A stretch of 64,000 bases of DNA from positions 62,001-126,000 of the IMG/VR virus record IMGVR_UViG_3300020204_003072, one strand, 5' to 3'. Source of the stretch: an uncultured virus (IMG/VR IMGVR_UViG_3300020204_003072) (lineage: Duplodnaviria; Heunggongvirae; Uroviricota; Caudoviricetes). The notes under the pieces were generated by a model. The model ran no database searches. It was not told the origin of the DNA and worked only from the letters and a program-made list of their open reading frames with translations. Below are positions 41,001 to 50,131 of the stretch, piece after piece. Position 1 is the first letter of the stretch; the number at the start of each line of letters is the position of its first letter. A program made the translations under genes and the position numbers.

Positions 41001-42224
41001 AGTACCTTAACATCAGGAAATGATGATACAAATGTACAAACATCAACTTTAGAATATAATTTAACCCCGGCTGGTGGTCCATATACAATTGTAACTGAAA
41101 ATACATTTGTAACTGGTGGTACATATGATAATGTACTTTCACAAATTACATTCGATAGAAATGATGGAAATTCATTCAATGTTGATTTAGCAACATTAAT
41201 TGATGGTGATAAATATTTAACTGGCGGTACTTATAACCCAACAACTGGTGAATTAGTGTTATCACAGTCAAATGGTGCTACTGATGTAAGTATTCTTGGG
41301 TTCCAAACACAAAATACTTTTGTAACTGGTGGGACATATTCAAATGGAACTTTAGTTCTTGGTCAAAACAATGGTACAAATGTTAGTGTACCTGGTTTCC
41401 AAAATAACGATTTCTTTGTTACTGGTGGTACATATAATAACGCAAATGGTTTAATTACATTAAATAGACAAAATGGTGTTGCAACAGTTAGTGGTTTACC
41501 AGCAGGACTAACCTCTGGAATTGGATTACCTATTATTATTCCAGGTACTGGACTAAATTCAACATTAAGATGTGGAATTGGTACTAGTGCAACTAACCAA
41601 TGGTCCGTTTCTTTTGGAGCAAGTAGTATTTCTTCAGGGGTTGGTTCAGTAGTTGGTGGGGGCGCCTCAAATGTTGCTAACGCTAGTTGGGGTACCGTTG
41701 CTGGTGGTGTTAATAATAGGGGGTGGGGTGTCGGTAATGTTATTGGTGGTGGTCAAAGTAATACAACTTGTAGTTGTTACTCAACAGTAAGTGGTGGATA
41801 TTATAATACAGCATCAGAACCGTTTAGTACAATTGGCGGTGGTAATTGTAACGAAATTGCTACTATAAATAGTTGTTTCACAACAATCGGTGGTGGTCAA
41901 TTCAACCGTATAGCATCTTGTTATGGTACAATTGGCGGTGGTAATTGTAATACAATCCATTTGAGTGTTGCTTGGTCAACAATCAACGGAGGTTGTTCGA
42001 ATAATATATGTGGAACCGCAAACTATTCATCTGCTGTTGGTAGATCAAACATTAGCTCTTTACAAGATACACACGTTTTAGGTTGTGGTATAACAACAAA
42101 CAGAAGTCTTACGACATTTGTTAACAATTTATCAATTATGAGTATACCAGTTAGTGCTTCTGGATTACCATCTGGTGCTGTTTGGAAAGACACCGCAAAT
42201 AATAATGTTTTAAAAATTGTATAA
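38073..42224 (+). CDS. Large fibre/adhesin-like protein with 15-aa GGxxN repeats and VTGGTY repeats
   Basis: 1383 aa, G/T/N-rich; three repeat heads separated by VTGGTY stalks. Confidence 0.8.
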   Translation: MPNYVIITDPVGGLTTTVRSGQTNSASALYSTVSGGRGNTAKKEYSTVAGGRGNTANGNYSTINGGYLNRTNGLLSNIGGGCNNFANGKSSVVNAGAFNTAQSDYTIVGGGYYNTALNLKSNVLGGDHNTAMSGSTIVGGDNNIARGVNSFVGNGQENKVSGNYSGTIGGNSNVLTGARSVILGGAGLTGTSADTVYVPKFNIKNVGATASINNLGIDVQGNVVIGSDNDIFLSASTLDNVTGILTLINSNGSNVVQSGFVTEDNYVTGGTFNYNAGGLTLEMKNGTNVSISGLQDKYFTGVTFDTNNFDLTIGRNDGFTDTINLGVLATDLGLTGGTYNANTGVVTFINTSGNTVQISGFTTGYTDTYLTGGTFTAGDLTLTNTDGSTVLVTGFTSIDTYVTGGTYDNSTGTATFEDNQGGSFVVTGFTTGATDYFTTGFTFDQGTYDLTVELNNYSAYTVNLGILAGDLRVTGGTYDLNSGTATFTNNSGGTFSVTGFLTGYTDTYVTGGFYTPSTSTLTIQQQNGIVDITGIEDAVIVQGGGVSSTVRKNTANNANNQYTTVFGYNNNANGYASTIGGGVLNQANSNSDVVAGGYVNKASGGYSFVGGGFANNNFGYMGVINGGANNSISGNSYWSTVNGGCNNKTFSSYTVIGGGRTNVTCNLGDTVAGGCCNTGCGGSIAIGGGFGNKAYGFASVIGGGYCNETYNLQSSVGGGLHNTAFGFRSNVGGGSFNTSYGTNNTISGGYKNTASGYRSTIAGGRCNTALNFESSVLGGVKNTAIGNSSAITGGGENIAEGLCSMILGGYQNVVTGNRSAVIGGQNITGTTNDTIYVPQLNIQTVGVTTPVSNLGVDASGNVVSVASQTDYFLTGLTFDNGTFDLTASVNDGNDYTVSLAILSSDMTVTGGTYDNSTGIATFTTNSGNTFNVSGFLTGYTDIVLTGASLSNGELTLSNSDGSQVFVTGFTDYFVTGSTLTSGNDDTNVQTSTLEYNLTPAGGPYTIVTENTFVTGGTYDNVLSQITFDRNDGNSFNVDLATLIDGDKYLTGGTYNPTTGELVLSQSNGATDVSILGFQTQNTFVTGGTYSNGTLVLGQNNGTNVSVPGFQNNDFFVTGGTYNNANGLITLNRQNGVATVSGLPAGLTSGIGLPIIIPGTGLNSTLRCGIGTSATNQWSVSFGASSISSGVGSVVGGGASNVANASWGTVAGGVNNRGWGVGNVIGGGQSNTTCSCYSTVSGGYYNTASEPFSTIGGGNCNEIATINSCFTTIGGGQFNRIASCYGTIGGGNCNTIHLSVAWSTINGGCSNNICGTANYSSAVGRSNISSLQDTHVLGCGITTNRSLTTFVNNLSIMSIPVSASGLPSGAVWKDTANNNVLKIV

Positions 42225-42237
42225 AATATAAAAATTA

Positions 42238-42263
42238 AAACCCCCATTTAATAGTGGGGGTTT
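42238..42263 (+). terminator. Hairpin/terminator between the fibre paralogues
   Basis: AAACCCCCA...TGGGGGTTT. Confidence 0.6.
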
Positions 42264-42287
42264 GGACATAAATCAAAAATAAAAAAT

Positions 42288-44768
42288 ATGGCTTACGTTA
42301 TAATTGATGACCCAATAGGTGGGATAAATTCTACAGTTAGATGTGATAATAACAATGAGGCTAGATGTAACTATTCTACAGTGTTAGGTGGTTATTCTAA
42401 TACTGCCGATAAAAATTACGGAACAATTGTTGGTGGTTATTGTAATACAACAACTGGTTGTATGGGGGTGATTACTGGTGGTAAATGTAATACGTCAACT
42501 GGAAATTATTCTTTCATTGGTGGTGGTTATTGTAATACAAACAATGGAACATTTGGTTCAATCACTGGTGGTTATAAAAACACAAATATTGTAAACTCAT
42601 CTTCAGCATTCATTGGTGGTGGTGAATTAAACACAACAAATGGTGATCTTTCAGTTGTTGTTGGCGGTTGTAAAAATACAACATCAGATAATTGTACATT
42701 TATTGGTGGTGGTTATTTAAATGTTGCATCGCAAAATTATGCTTCAGTTGTTGCTGGTTGTCGTAACACTTCTTCTGGTAAATATTCCACAATTAGTGGT
42801 GGTGAAAAAAATACTTCTTCAGGTTATAATGTAACAATTGGTGGAGGATTTTTTAACATAGCCTTGAATGATTGTTCAACAATTGGTGGTGGTACACAGA
42901 ATTCAGCGTACGGTGATTTTTCAGTAATAGCTGGCGGTAGATACAACACAGCTGCCGAATTGAATTCAACCATTGGCGGTGGTAATTCCAACATTGCAAA
43001 TTGTACTATTACTGTAGTTGGTGGTGGAGAATTTAATACTGCCGATTCTTGTGGTAGCGCAATTCTTGGTGGTTGTTGTAACACATCTGATGCAAACTAT
43101 TCTGTTGTTGTTGGTGGATGTAATAATGTAAACTTAGCTTCATGTTCTTTCATTGGTGGTGGTTATTGTAATAGCTCCTTTTCGAATACATCAGTAGTTG
43201 TTGGTGGTTCGCAAAACAAAAATTATGGAGCGTTCGCATCAATAGTTGGTGGTTCATTCAATAAAACATATTTTGATGGTTCTAATATTGCCGGTGGACA
43301 ATGCAATACCGCAATTGGTTTTAATAGTAATATTTCTGGTGGTTTTGGAAATACGGTTTCTGGTTATTGTTCAGGAATTGTTGGTGGGGCTAATAACATA
43401 GTTGTTGGTGATTGTTCGGTTGCTTTTTCTAATAGTTCGAATTTACAAGCAGATAGAAGTGTAATTTTGGGTGGACAAAATATTACTGGAACAACAGATG
43501 ATACAGTCTATGTTCCTTATTTGAATATTCAAAACGTAACAACTGGAACTTCAATTTCTAATTTGGGTATTGATTCATCTGGTAATGTAATTTTTGGTCA
43601 AGATTTGACTGGGTCGACATTGATATATGAAGTAGGAACTGGTACAGACTCGACACAAAGAATTGGGGTTTCCGCTGAAGCATCTGGGGATTATTCATTA
43701 GTTGGTGGAGGTAGTGGAAATACAGCATGTGGGTTTTATTCATTTATTGGTGGTGGCCATTGTAATACATCGGGAGAGTGTGGTGTAATTGGTGGAGGTA
43801 GTGGAAACAGATTGATAAGTCAGTATTCATTTATTGGTGGTGGTTTTGAAAATTATATAGGTGGACCATTTTCAACTATTGGTGGTGGTCAATTAAATTG
43901 TTCTTTTTCTTGGAATTCGTTTATTGGTGGTGGTAGGATAAACGACGTATGTGGGAATTATTCTTCAGTTGTTGGAGGTCAGGCAAATACAGCAAGTGGA
44001 TATTATTCCATTATTGGAGGGGGGGCCTTTAATACAACAAATTCTACTTACAGTATAATTGGTGGAGGTTATTTTAATACAACAGAAGGTTCTTATTCAA
44101 TAATAACTGGTGGTATTTGTAACACAACATTAGACCATTATTCAATTATTGTTGGTGGTTGTTGTAACACATCGGTATCAACAGGATCAACAATTGTTGG
44201 TGGTTGTCGTAACACATCGGTTGATACAATATCTTTTATTGGTGGTGGTAGAGAAAATACTGTAAATGGGTCTGGTTCATTTATTGGTGCTGGTAGAGAA
44301 AACACAACATTAGTAAATAGGAATGTAATTGTTGGTGGTGGTTTTAATACGGTAAATTGTCTTGATTCTTTTGTTGGTGGTGGTACATACAATAAAACAT
44401 TATCTTGTCAATCGGTAATTATTGGTGGTTTTTGTAATACAACAACAAATTCTGCTTATAGTATAATTGGCGCTGGTCAACGTAACACAATTAGTGGGTT
44501 GACAGTAAATCAAGGTTGGAATGTTATTGCAGCAGGTTGTAATAACACAATAATTGGTGAATTTAGTGGTATATTAGGGGGTTGTGAGAGTAAATTAACA
44601 CACAATAATTCATTTATTGTTGGTAATAACATTACATCTTGTGCTAACAATACAACACACGTAAATTGTTTAAGTATTATTAATTTACCAAATAGTTCGG
44701 TTGGTTTACCTTCTAAATCTGTTTACTATTGTCCAACAGATTTAAATAGAATGTATTTTGTTCCTTAA
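42288..44768 (+). CDS. Paralogous Cys-rich fibre/adhesin-like protein with GGxxN repeats
   Basis: Shares the N-terminal YVII.DP.GG...TVR and RSV..GGQNITGT.DTVYVP modules with 38073. Confidence 0.8.
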   Translation: MAYVIIDDPIGGINSTVRCDNNNEARCNYSTVLGGYSNTADKNYGTIVGGYCNTTTGCMGVITGGKCNTSTGNYSFIGGGYCNTNNGTFGSITGGYKNTNIVNSSSAFIGGGELNTTNGDLSVVVGGCKNTTSDNCTFIGGGYLNVASQNYASVVAGCRNTSSGKYSTISGGEKNTSSGYNVTIGGGFFNIALNDCSTIGGGTQNSAYGDFSVIAGGRYNTAAELNSTIGGGNSNIANCTITVVGGGEFNTADSCGSAILGGCCNTSDANYSVVVGGCNNVNLASCSFIGGGYCNSSFSNTSVVVGGSQNKNYGAFASIVGGSFNKTYFDGSNIAGGQCNTAIGFNSNISGGFGNTVSGYCSGIVGGANNIVVGDCSVAFSNSSNLQADRSVILGGQNITGTTDDTVYVPYLNIQNVTTGTSISNLGIDSSGNVIFGQDLTGSTLIYEVGTGTDSTQRIGVSAEASGDYSLVGGGSGNTACGFYSFIGGGHCNTSGECGVIGGGSGNRLISQYSFIGGGFENYIGGPFSTIGGGQLNCSFSWNSFIGGGRINDVCGNYSSVVGGQANTASGYYSIIGGGAFNTTNSTYSIIGGGYFNTTEGSYSIITGGICNTTLDHYSIIVGGCCNTSVSTGSTIVGGCRNTSVDTISFIGGGRENTVNGSGSFIGAGRENTTLVNRNVIVGGGFNTVNCLDSFVGGGTYNKTLSCQSVIIGGFCNTTTNSAYSIIGAGQRNTISGLTVNQGWNVIAAGCNNTIIGEFSGILGGCESKLTHNNSFIVGNNITSCANNTTHVNCLSIINLPNSSVGLPSKSVYYCPTDLNRMYFVP

Positions 44769-44853
44769 TTAAAATACAAAATAATTTTTTATAATAACCC
44801 AAATTCAAAGTTGGGGTTCTTTATTTTTATAAAGTTTTTTTTATTTTTTTTTT

Positions 44854-45597
44854 ATGTTTGTGTCTGTATGTAATAAAGATTATCTCATTGGGTTTGAGGT
44901 AATGTTAAAATCTTTAATTGATAATAACCCAAGAGTTGTTAAAGACAATTTACCATTTGTAGTAATAACAAATGATTTAACACAAGAAGATTTGGTAACA
45001 TCAAGAAAAATTTATAATAATATAGACATAAAAAAATTTGATTCTAAAAAATATTCTGAAATAGAAAAATTAAAAGAACAACAAATGTCTTTTGGTGATT
45101 ACACCAAGTATGAAATTTTTTCCTTGACTGAATTTGAAAAAATTATATTTTTAGATTCAGATGTCGTTGTTTTAGGAAATATAGATTACCTTATTGATTT
45201 TGATGGTGATATTGGTGGTGTTAGAGATTTATATATTGATCAATACAACACTGGTGTTCTTGTAATATCAAAAAAATACTTATCAGAAAAAATTACAAAC
45301 GATTTAATTCATCTTACAATAATTTATGGCATTACAGAACATCTGGACCAAGACATCATAAATAATTATTTCTATGAAAATATAACCGAAATACCAATTT
45401 CGTATAACTATTTGAAAACTTATTCGAAAGAAATTTTTAAAAACACTGGTCTTCCAAAACACATCAAAATTTTACACTACATTGTTAAAAAACCTTGGCA
45501 ACAAAAACCTTTGGTATATTTGGAAGAAGGAACAATATGGCAAGAAAGATATTGGTTTGAATATTACTCTAAAATTTTAAAATACAAAGATGGTTAA
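44854..45597 (+). CDS. GT8 glycosyltransferase
   Basis: KIIFLDSDVVV, YNTGVLV, DQDIIN, ILHY..KKPW. Confidence 0.9.
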   Translation: MFVSVCNKDYLIGFEVMLKSLIDNNPRVVKDNLPFVVITNDLTQEDLVTSRKIYNNIDIKKFDSKKYSEIEKLKEQQMSFGDYTKYEIFSLTEFEKIIFLDSDVVVLGNIDYLIDFDGDIGGVRDLYIDQYNTGVLVISKKYLSEKITNDLIHLTIIYGITEHLDQDIINNYFYENITEIPISYNYLKTYSKEIFKNTGLPKHIKILHYIVKKPWQQKPLVYLEEGTIWQERYWFEYYSKILKYKDG

Positions 45598-46507
45598 AAG
45601 GCATTACGAAAAATCTGAATTGATGAACTACAATGAAAGGGAACCTAATTTAGAAAATTTTGAAGGTAAAGAATTATTATTACATTTTGATTCATTCTGT
45701 TTGGGTGATACAATTTGTTTTTCATCTTTAATGGATGCTTTTATGGATTATCATAAACCAAAATATGTTTGGGTTACAACATTTTTTCCACATCTTTTAA
45801 AATCAAATAGGTCAGACTATGAATTTACAAATGCAAATCAAAATGGTTTTATTGAAATAGACAAGTTACTTGATATTGGTTATGATAAAAATAATATGTC
45901 ACATACATTGGGTGGTATGTTTTATGCCGCGAAGGATACAATGCGTTTACCACAAGATACAAAACCAGGTAAATGTCCCGTAATTCCAAAACTGAGAACA
46001 ATAGACCAAAAAAAAATAACAATAGGTCCAGAAACAATCAAAGAAATTTCACAATGGAAATATAATGGTAATATGGGTTGGCAAGAAGTTGTTGATTCTT
46101 TACATAATGGTGGTTATGATGTTTACAACATTTCTTATGAAGATACGATTAATTTAAAAAATGTTATTGGTTTTCACGGCCACAATGATTTAAATGTTGC
46201 AATTGACCATATTGTCAACTCAAGATTTTTTGTTGGGTTATCGTCTGGACTTTCTTGGCTTGCCTGGGCCTATGGCGTACCAGTTGTTATGATTTCTAAT
46301 TTCACGAAAAGTCAAAACGAATTTGATTGTTTTAGAGTTAGAAACCCTTATGTTTGTAATGGATGTTTTAATATGTTTCCTAATATAAAAACAAAATGTC
46401 CAATATTTTTGGGGACAGAAAGAGAAAACGAATGTCACACAAAGATTACACCAAGTATGTTGATAGATAAAATCAACGAAGCAATTATCTTTACTAACAA
46501 AAATTAA
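45590..46507 (+). CDS. TibC/Aah-like (autotransporter heptosyltransferase-like) GT-B enzyme
   Basis: LGDTI, FFVGLSSGLSWLAWA..VPVVMISNF, CNGCFN..CP...EC...IT. Confidence 0.75.
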   Translation: MVKRHYEKSELMNYNEREPNLENFEGKELLLHFDSFCLGDTICFSSLMDAFMDYHKPKYVWVTTFFPHLLKSNRSDYEFTNANQNGFIEIDKLLDIGYDKNNMSHTLGGMFYAAKDTMRLPQDTKPGKCPVIPKLRTIDQKKITIGPETIKEISQWKYNGNMGWQEVVDSLHNGGYDVYNISYEDTINLKNVIGFHGHNDLNVAIDHIVNSRFFVGLSSGLSWLAWAYGVPVVMISNFTKSQNEFDCFRVRNPYVCNGCFNMFPNIKTKCPIFLGTERENECHTKITPSMLIDKINEAIIFTNKN

Positions 46508-46523
46508 ATTTTATAATCATATT

Positions 46524-47408
46524 ATGGGAAAAAAATATTCGATATTTCATTTAGAAGGTGGATTAGGAAAACACGTTCTATCAACGGCAGTTGCAAAATG
46601 TATAAAAAATAATCATCCAGATAGGGAATTGATAATTGTTTGTGCTTACCCAGAAATATTTTTAAATTTAGATTTTGTAGATAGGGTATATAGAATTGGT
46701 ATAACACCTTATTTTTATGATGATTACATTAAAAATAAAGATAGTTTAATTTTTAAACACGAACCATATTTTACAACTGATCATATTCAGAAAAAATTAC
46801 CATTAATTATGAATTGGTGTAAACTTTTTGGTTTAGAATACAATAATGAAATGCCAATACTATCTTTCAATTTAAGACAACAACAAGTTGCATTTAATAA
46901 ATGGAAACGTGAAAAACCTATAATGGTTATTCAAACAAATGGTGGTCCACTACAAGAACAACCATTTCCATATTCTTGGACAAGAGACATTCCATTTGAT
47001 GTTGCACAAAAAATTGTTGACCAATTTTCACAATATTATCATATAATACAAATTTGTAGAGATCAAACAAATGTTTTACAAAATGTTGAAGCACACACAG
47101 AACCTATGTCTAATATGGAATTATTTTCGTTACTAGCATATGCTCAAAAAAGATTATTAATTGATTCTTGTTTACAACATGCAGCAGCGGCTATGGGTCT
47201 TACATCAACTGTATTATGGATTGGTACATCACCAAAAGTATTCGGTTATCCAATACATACAAATGTTATTGCCGAATTACCAACAACAGTTAAATTACCA
47301 GATAGTTACTTATTTGATTATAACTTCAATGGTACTATTCACGAATGTCCTTTATTCGATACAAACATCTTTAATATAAACGAAATAATTGAAACACTAA
47401 AAAATTAA
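46524..47408 (+). CDS. GT9-like glycosyltransferase
   Basis: GGLGKHV; LIDSCLQHAAAAMG...TVLW. Confidence 0.75.
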   Translation: MGKKYSIFHLEGGLGKHVLSTAVAKCIKNNHPDRELIIVCAYPEIFLNLDFVDRVYRIGITPYFYDDYIKNKDSLIFKHEPYFTTDHIQKKLPLIMNWCKLFGLEYNNEMPILSFNLRQQQVAFNKWKREKPIMVIQTNGGPLQEQPFPYSWTRDIPFDVAQKIVDQFSQYYHIIQICRDQTNVLQNVEAHTEPMSNMELFSLLAYAQKRLLIDSCLQHAAAAMGLTSTVLWIGTSPKVFGYPIHTNVIAELPTTVKLPDSYLFDYNFNGTIHECPLFDTNIFNINEIIETLKN

Positions 47409-47411
47409 TTT

Positions 47412-48230
47412 ATGGTACAAAAAATATTTTTCCAAAGCTCACTCCCCAGAGCTGGATCAACATTACTTCAAAATGTCATGGGACAAAATCCTGAATTTTA
47501 CGTAACGCCAACATCGGGTGTTTTAGAATTGGTTTACGCAGCCAGAGCTAATTACACATCATCTCCAGAATTCAAAGCACAAGACGCTGAATTGATGAAA
47601 AATGGATTCTTAAATTTCTGTAATCAAGGAATGTTGGGTTTTTTTAACGGTGTAACAGATAGACCATACATCTTAGATAAAAGTAGGGGTTGGGGTATTC
47701 ATTATGGTTTTTTAAATTCTTTTTATCCAGAACCTAAAATAATTTGTATGGTTAGAGATTTACGTGGAATTTTTGCTTCTATGGAAAAGAATTTTAGAAA
47801 AAGTCAACATATGGATTCTGGTATTGTTAATCACGCACAGATGCAAGGAACAACAACAGAAAAAAGAATTGATATTTGGTCACAGTCTCAACCAGTTGGT
47901 TTGGCCGTAGAACGACTTTATCAAGTTTTCAAAGAAGGTATTAATCAAAAAATGTTATTTGTAAAATTCGAAGATTTTACTTCGAACCCAAAAAAAGAAA
48001 TGGAAAGAATTTATAATTATCTTGAATTACCTTATTTTGAACACGATTTTAATAATGTAGAACAAATAACTGTTGAAGATGACTCTGTTTATGGAATTTA
48101 TGGTGACCACACAATTAAATCTAAAATACAACCATTAAAACTTGATTATAAAGAAGTTTTAGGAACACCGGCTTGTAACTGGATAAAACAAAAACATCAA
48201 TGGTTTTACGATCAATTCGGTTATTTTTGA
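47412..48230 (+). CDS. Sulfotransferase
   Basis: 5'-PSB SLPRAGSTLL; DKSR; KIICMVRD.R.I.AS 3'-PB motif. Confidence 0.88.
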   Translation: MVQKIFFQSSLPRAGSTLLQNVMGQNPEFYVTPTSGVLELVYAARANYTSSPEFKAQDAELMKNGFLNFCNQGMLGFFNGVTDRPYILDKSRGWGIHYGFLNSFYPEPKIICMVRDLRGIFASMEKNFRKSQHMDSGIVNHAQMQGTTTEKRIDIWSQSQPVGLAVERLYQVFKEGINQKMLFVKFEDFTSNPKKEMERIYNYLELPYFEHDFNNVEQITVEDDSVYGIYGDHTIKSKIQPLKLDYKEVLGTPACNWIKQKHQWFYDQFGYF

Positions 48231-48232
48231 TT

Positions 48233-48688
48233 ATGAAAGAAAAAAAGATTTATTGGTTTACAGGACAACCAGGTGCTGGTAAGACTGTTTTGGCAACAAT
48301 GTTAAAAACAATTTTAGAAAAAGAATATGGAAATAAAGTATTCCATATTGATGGTGATGAATTAAGAAGACTTTTTAATAACCAAAAATACGGTAGAAAA
48401 GGTCGCGAAGAAAATATAAAAAGAGCACAAGACATTGCAAAATTCTTATTAGTTCAAGGATATGATGTGATTGTAAGCTTGGTTGCACCTTACAAAGAAC
48501 TAAGAGAAAGTTTTAAATATGACTTACAAAATTTATTGGTTGAATTTTATGTTCACACAACAGACATACGTGGTAGAGAACATTATCACACGGATGAATA
48601 TGAAAAACCATTAGAAAAATTTATAGACCTTGATACAACTGGTGTTGACCCACAAATAACATTAAATGAAATTATTAAACATATATGA
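48233..48688 (+). CDS. cysC: Adenylyl-sulfate (APS) kinase
   Basis: WFTGQPGAGKT, IDGDELR, R.ENI, VSLVAPY...R, YEKP. Confidence 0.88.
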   Translation: MKEKKIYWFTGQPGAGKTVLATMLKTILEKEYGNKVFHIDGDELRRLFNNQKYGRKGREENIKRAQDIAKFLLVQGYDVIVSLVAPYKELRESFKYDLQNLLVEFYVHTTDIRGREHYHTDEYEKPLEKFIDLDTTGVDPQITLNEIIKHI

Positions 48689-49164
48689 ATTGGGAAAGAA
48701 AAAATTATGGTGGAAGAGCAACAGATAATGAAAGTAAAAAATATGCAATTTTTATAGGCCGCTTCCAACCGTATCATTATGGACATATCGAACTTATTCA
48801 ACAAAAATTAAAAAATGGAAGTCCAGTTTTAATTATGGTTAGGGATATTGAACCAGATGAAAAAAATCCTTTTACAACTGAACAGACGGTTTCTATGATT
48901 AAAAAATATCACCAGTCAAAAAATGACGACGTTAAAGTTATTGTTATTCCAGATATTGAGTCTGTTAATTTTGGTAGAGGTGTTGGATATGAAATTAATG
49001 AGTTCATTCCACCAAAAGATATTGGTGGTATTTCCGCAACAGGAATTAGAAATTCAATAAAAAATGATGACGATTATTGGAAAAAAATGGTTGATATTTC
49101 AATACAAGAAGATGTTTTAAACTATCTAACAAATGAAAACACAGAACAAAACATATCAAATTAG
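48685..49164 (+). CDS. HxGH nucleotidyltransferase (cytidyltransferase-like; candidate minimal ATP sulfurylase)
   Basis: IGRFQPYHYGH and ISATGIR motifs. Confidence 0.75.
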   Translation: MNWERKNYGGRATDNESKKYAIFIGRFQPYHYGHIELIQQKLKNGSPVLIMVRDIEPDEKNPFTTEQTVSMIKKYHQSKNDDVKVIVIPDIESVNFGRGVGYEINEFIPPKDIGGISATGIRNSIKNDDDYWKKMVDISIQEDVLNYLTNENTEQNISN

Positions 49165-49573
49165 ATATAATACCGTATCAAAAAATGATACAGAAAGATG
49201 GAGATTACTTGAAAACGGAAATGAAATCTTGGTTTCAGATATTATAATTGACGGACACACTCAAACAACAAAAGACTGGATGCCAGAAATAAATGATTAT
49301 AAATGGCATATTAGTTGTGTTGGTAATTGTGTTGTAAAAAATAATACTGCATACATTACAACAATAAAAGAAGATTCGGTTGTCATTAGACACATACTAA
49401 AAACTTTAACGTATCGTTTTTTTGCAACACTGACAACAATAGCTACGGCATTATTTCTTGGTGCTTCATTAGAAGTTTCTTCTTTAATTGGTTTGGGTGA
49501 ATTATTAATTAAACCCTTTATCTATTTTCTACACGAAAGAGCTTGGTATAAATTAATTAAAATCAAAAAATAA
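49133..49573 (+). CDS. Fusion with a C-terminal DUF2061-like membrane domain
   Basis: RHILKTLTYR...IYFLHERAW. Confidence 0.7.
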   Translation: MKTQNKTYQIRYNTVSKNDTERWRLLENGNEILVSDIIIDGHTQTTKDWMPEINDYKWHISCVGNCVVKNNTAYITTIKEDSVVIRHILKTLTYRFFATLTTIATALFLGASLEVSSLIGLGELLIKPFIYFLHERAWYKLIKIKK

Positions 49574-49603
49574 ATCTTTTTCATTGTATTTATAAAAAAT
49601 ACG

Positions 49604-49912
49604 ATGAGTCAAATTATAACAATACAAAGTGTAAATTTTAGTGGTGAACCAGCCCAAATCTTATTTAAACCAGATAATAGTAATATTACTATAAATATAG
49701 GTTTAGTTACAGTTCCATATACATTTCAACCTGATTTATTAACACCGCCACAAGAAATTTATGGAACATATACAATATCGACAGATGGTGGTAATTGTAC
49801 AAACTTTTTAGATGTACCAAGACCTACACCTAAAAATACTCCTATAGGAACAAAAACTGTAACCCACACCAAAATTAAGTCTAATGAGTTATTAATATGT
49901 CACACGAGATAA
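49604..49912 (+). CDS. Small putative virion protein
   Basis: Upstream TATTTATA; beta-rich with a PRPTP tail. Confidence 0.65.
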   Translation: MSQIITIQSVNFSGEPAQILFKPDNSNITINIGLVTVPYTFQPDLLTPPQEIYGTYTISTDGGNCTNFLDVPRPTPKNTPIGTKTVTHTKIKSNELLICHTR

Positions 49913-50115
49913 CAATATCTGGAACAACTGGAACACCCCCATATGATGTCTATGTATGTGATATTACAAATACATATTGTTATCTAGTATCTGGTGGTAC
50001 ATACATTTCTACATACACATTTGAAGTTCCACAACCTCTAAATAATGTTGATTCATTAGTTGTAAAACTTATAGATTCAAACGGTTGTGAATTATTTAAT
50101 TTTTATGAGTGTTAG
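49897..50115 (+). CDS. Small putative virion protein
   Basis: GTPPYDVYVCD...IDSNGC. Confidence 0.7.
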   Translation: MSHEITISGTTGTPPYDVYVCDITNTYCYLVSGGTYISTYTFEVPQPLNNVDSLVVKLIDSNGCELFNFYEC

Positions 50116-50131
50116 TTATTTTTAACTAACT

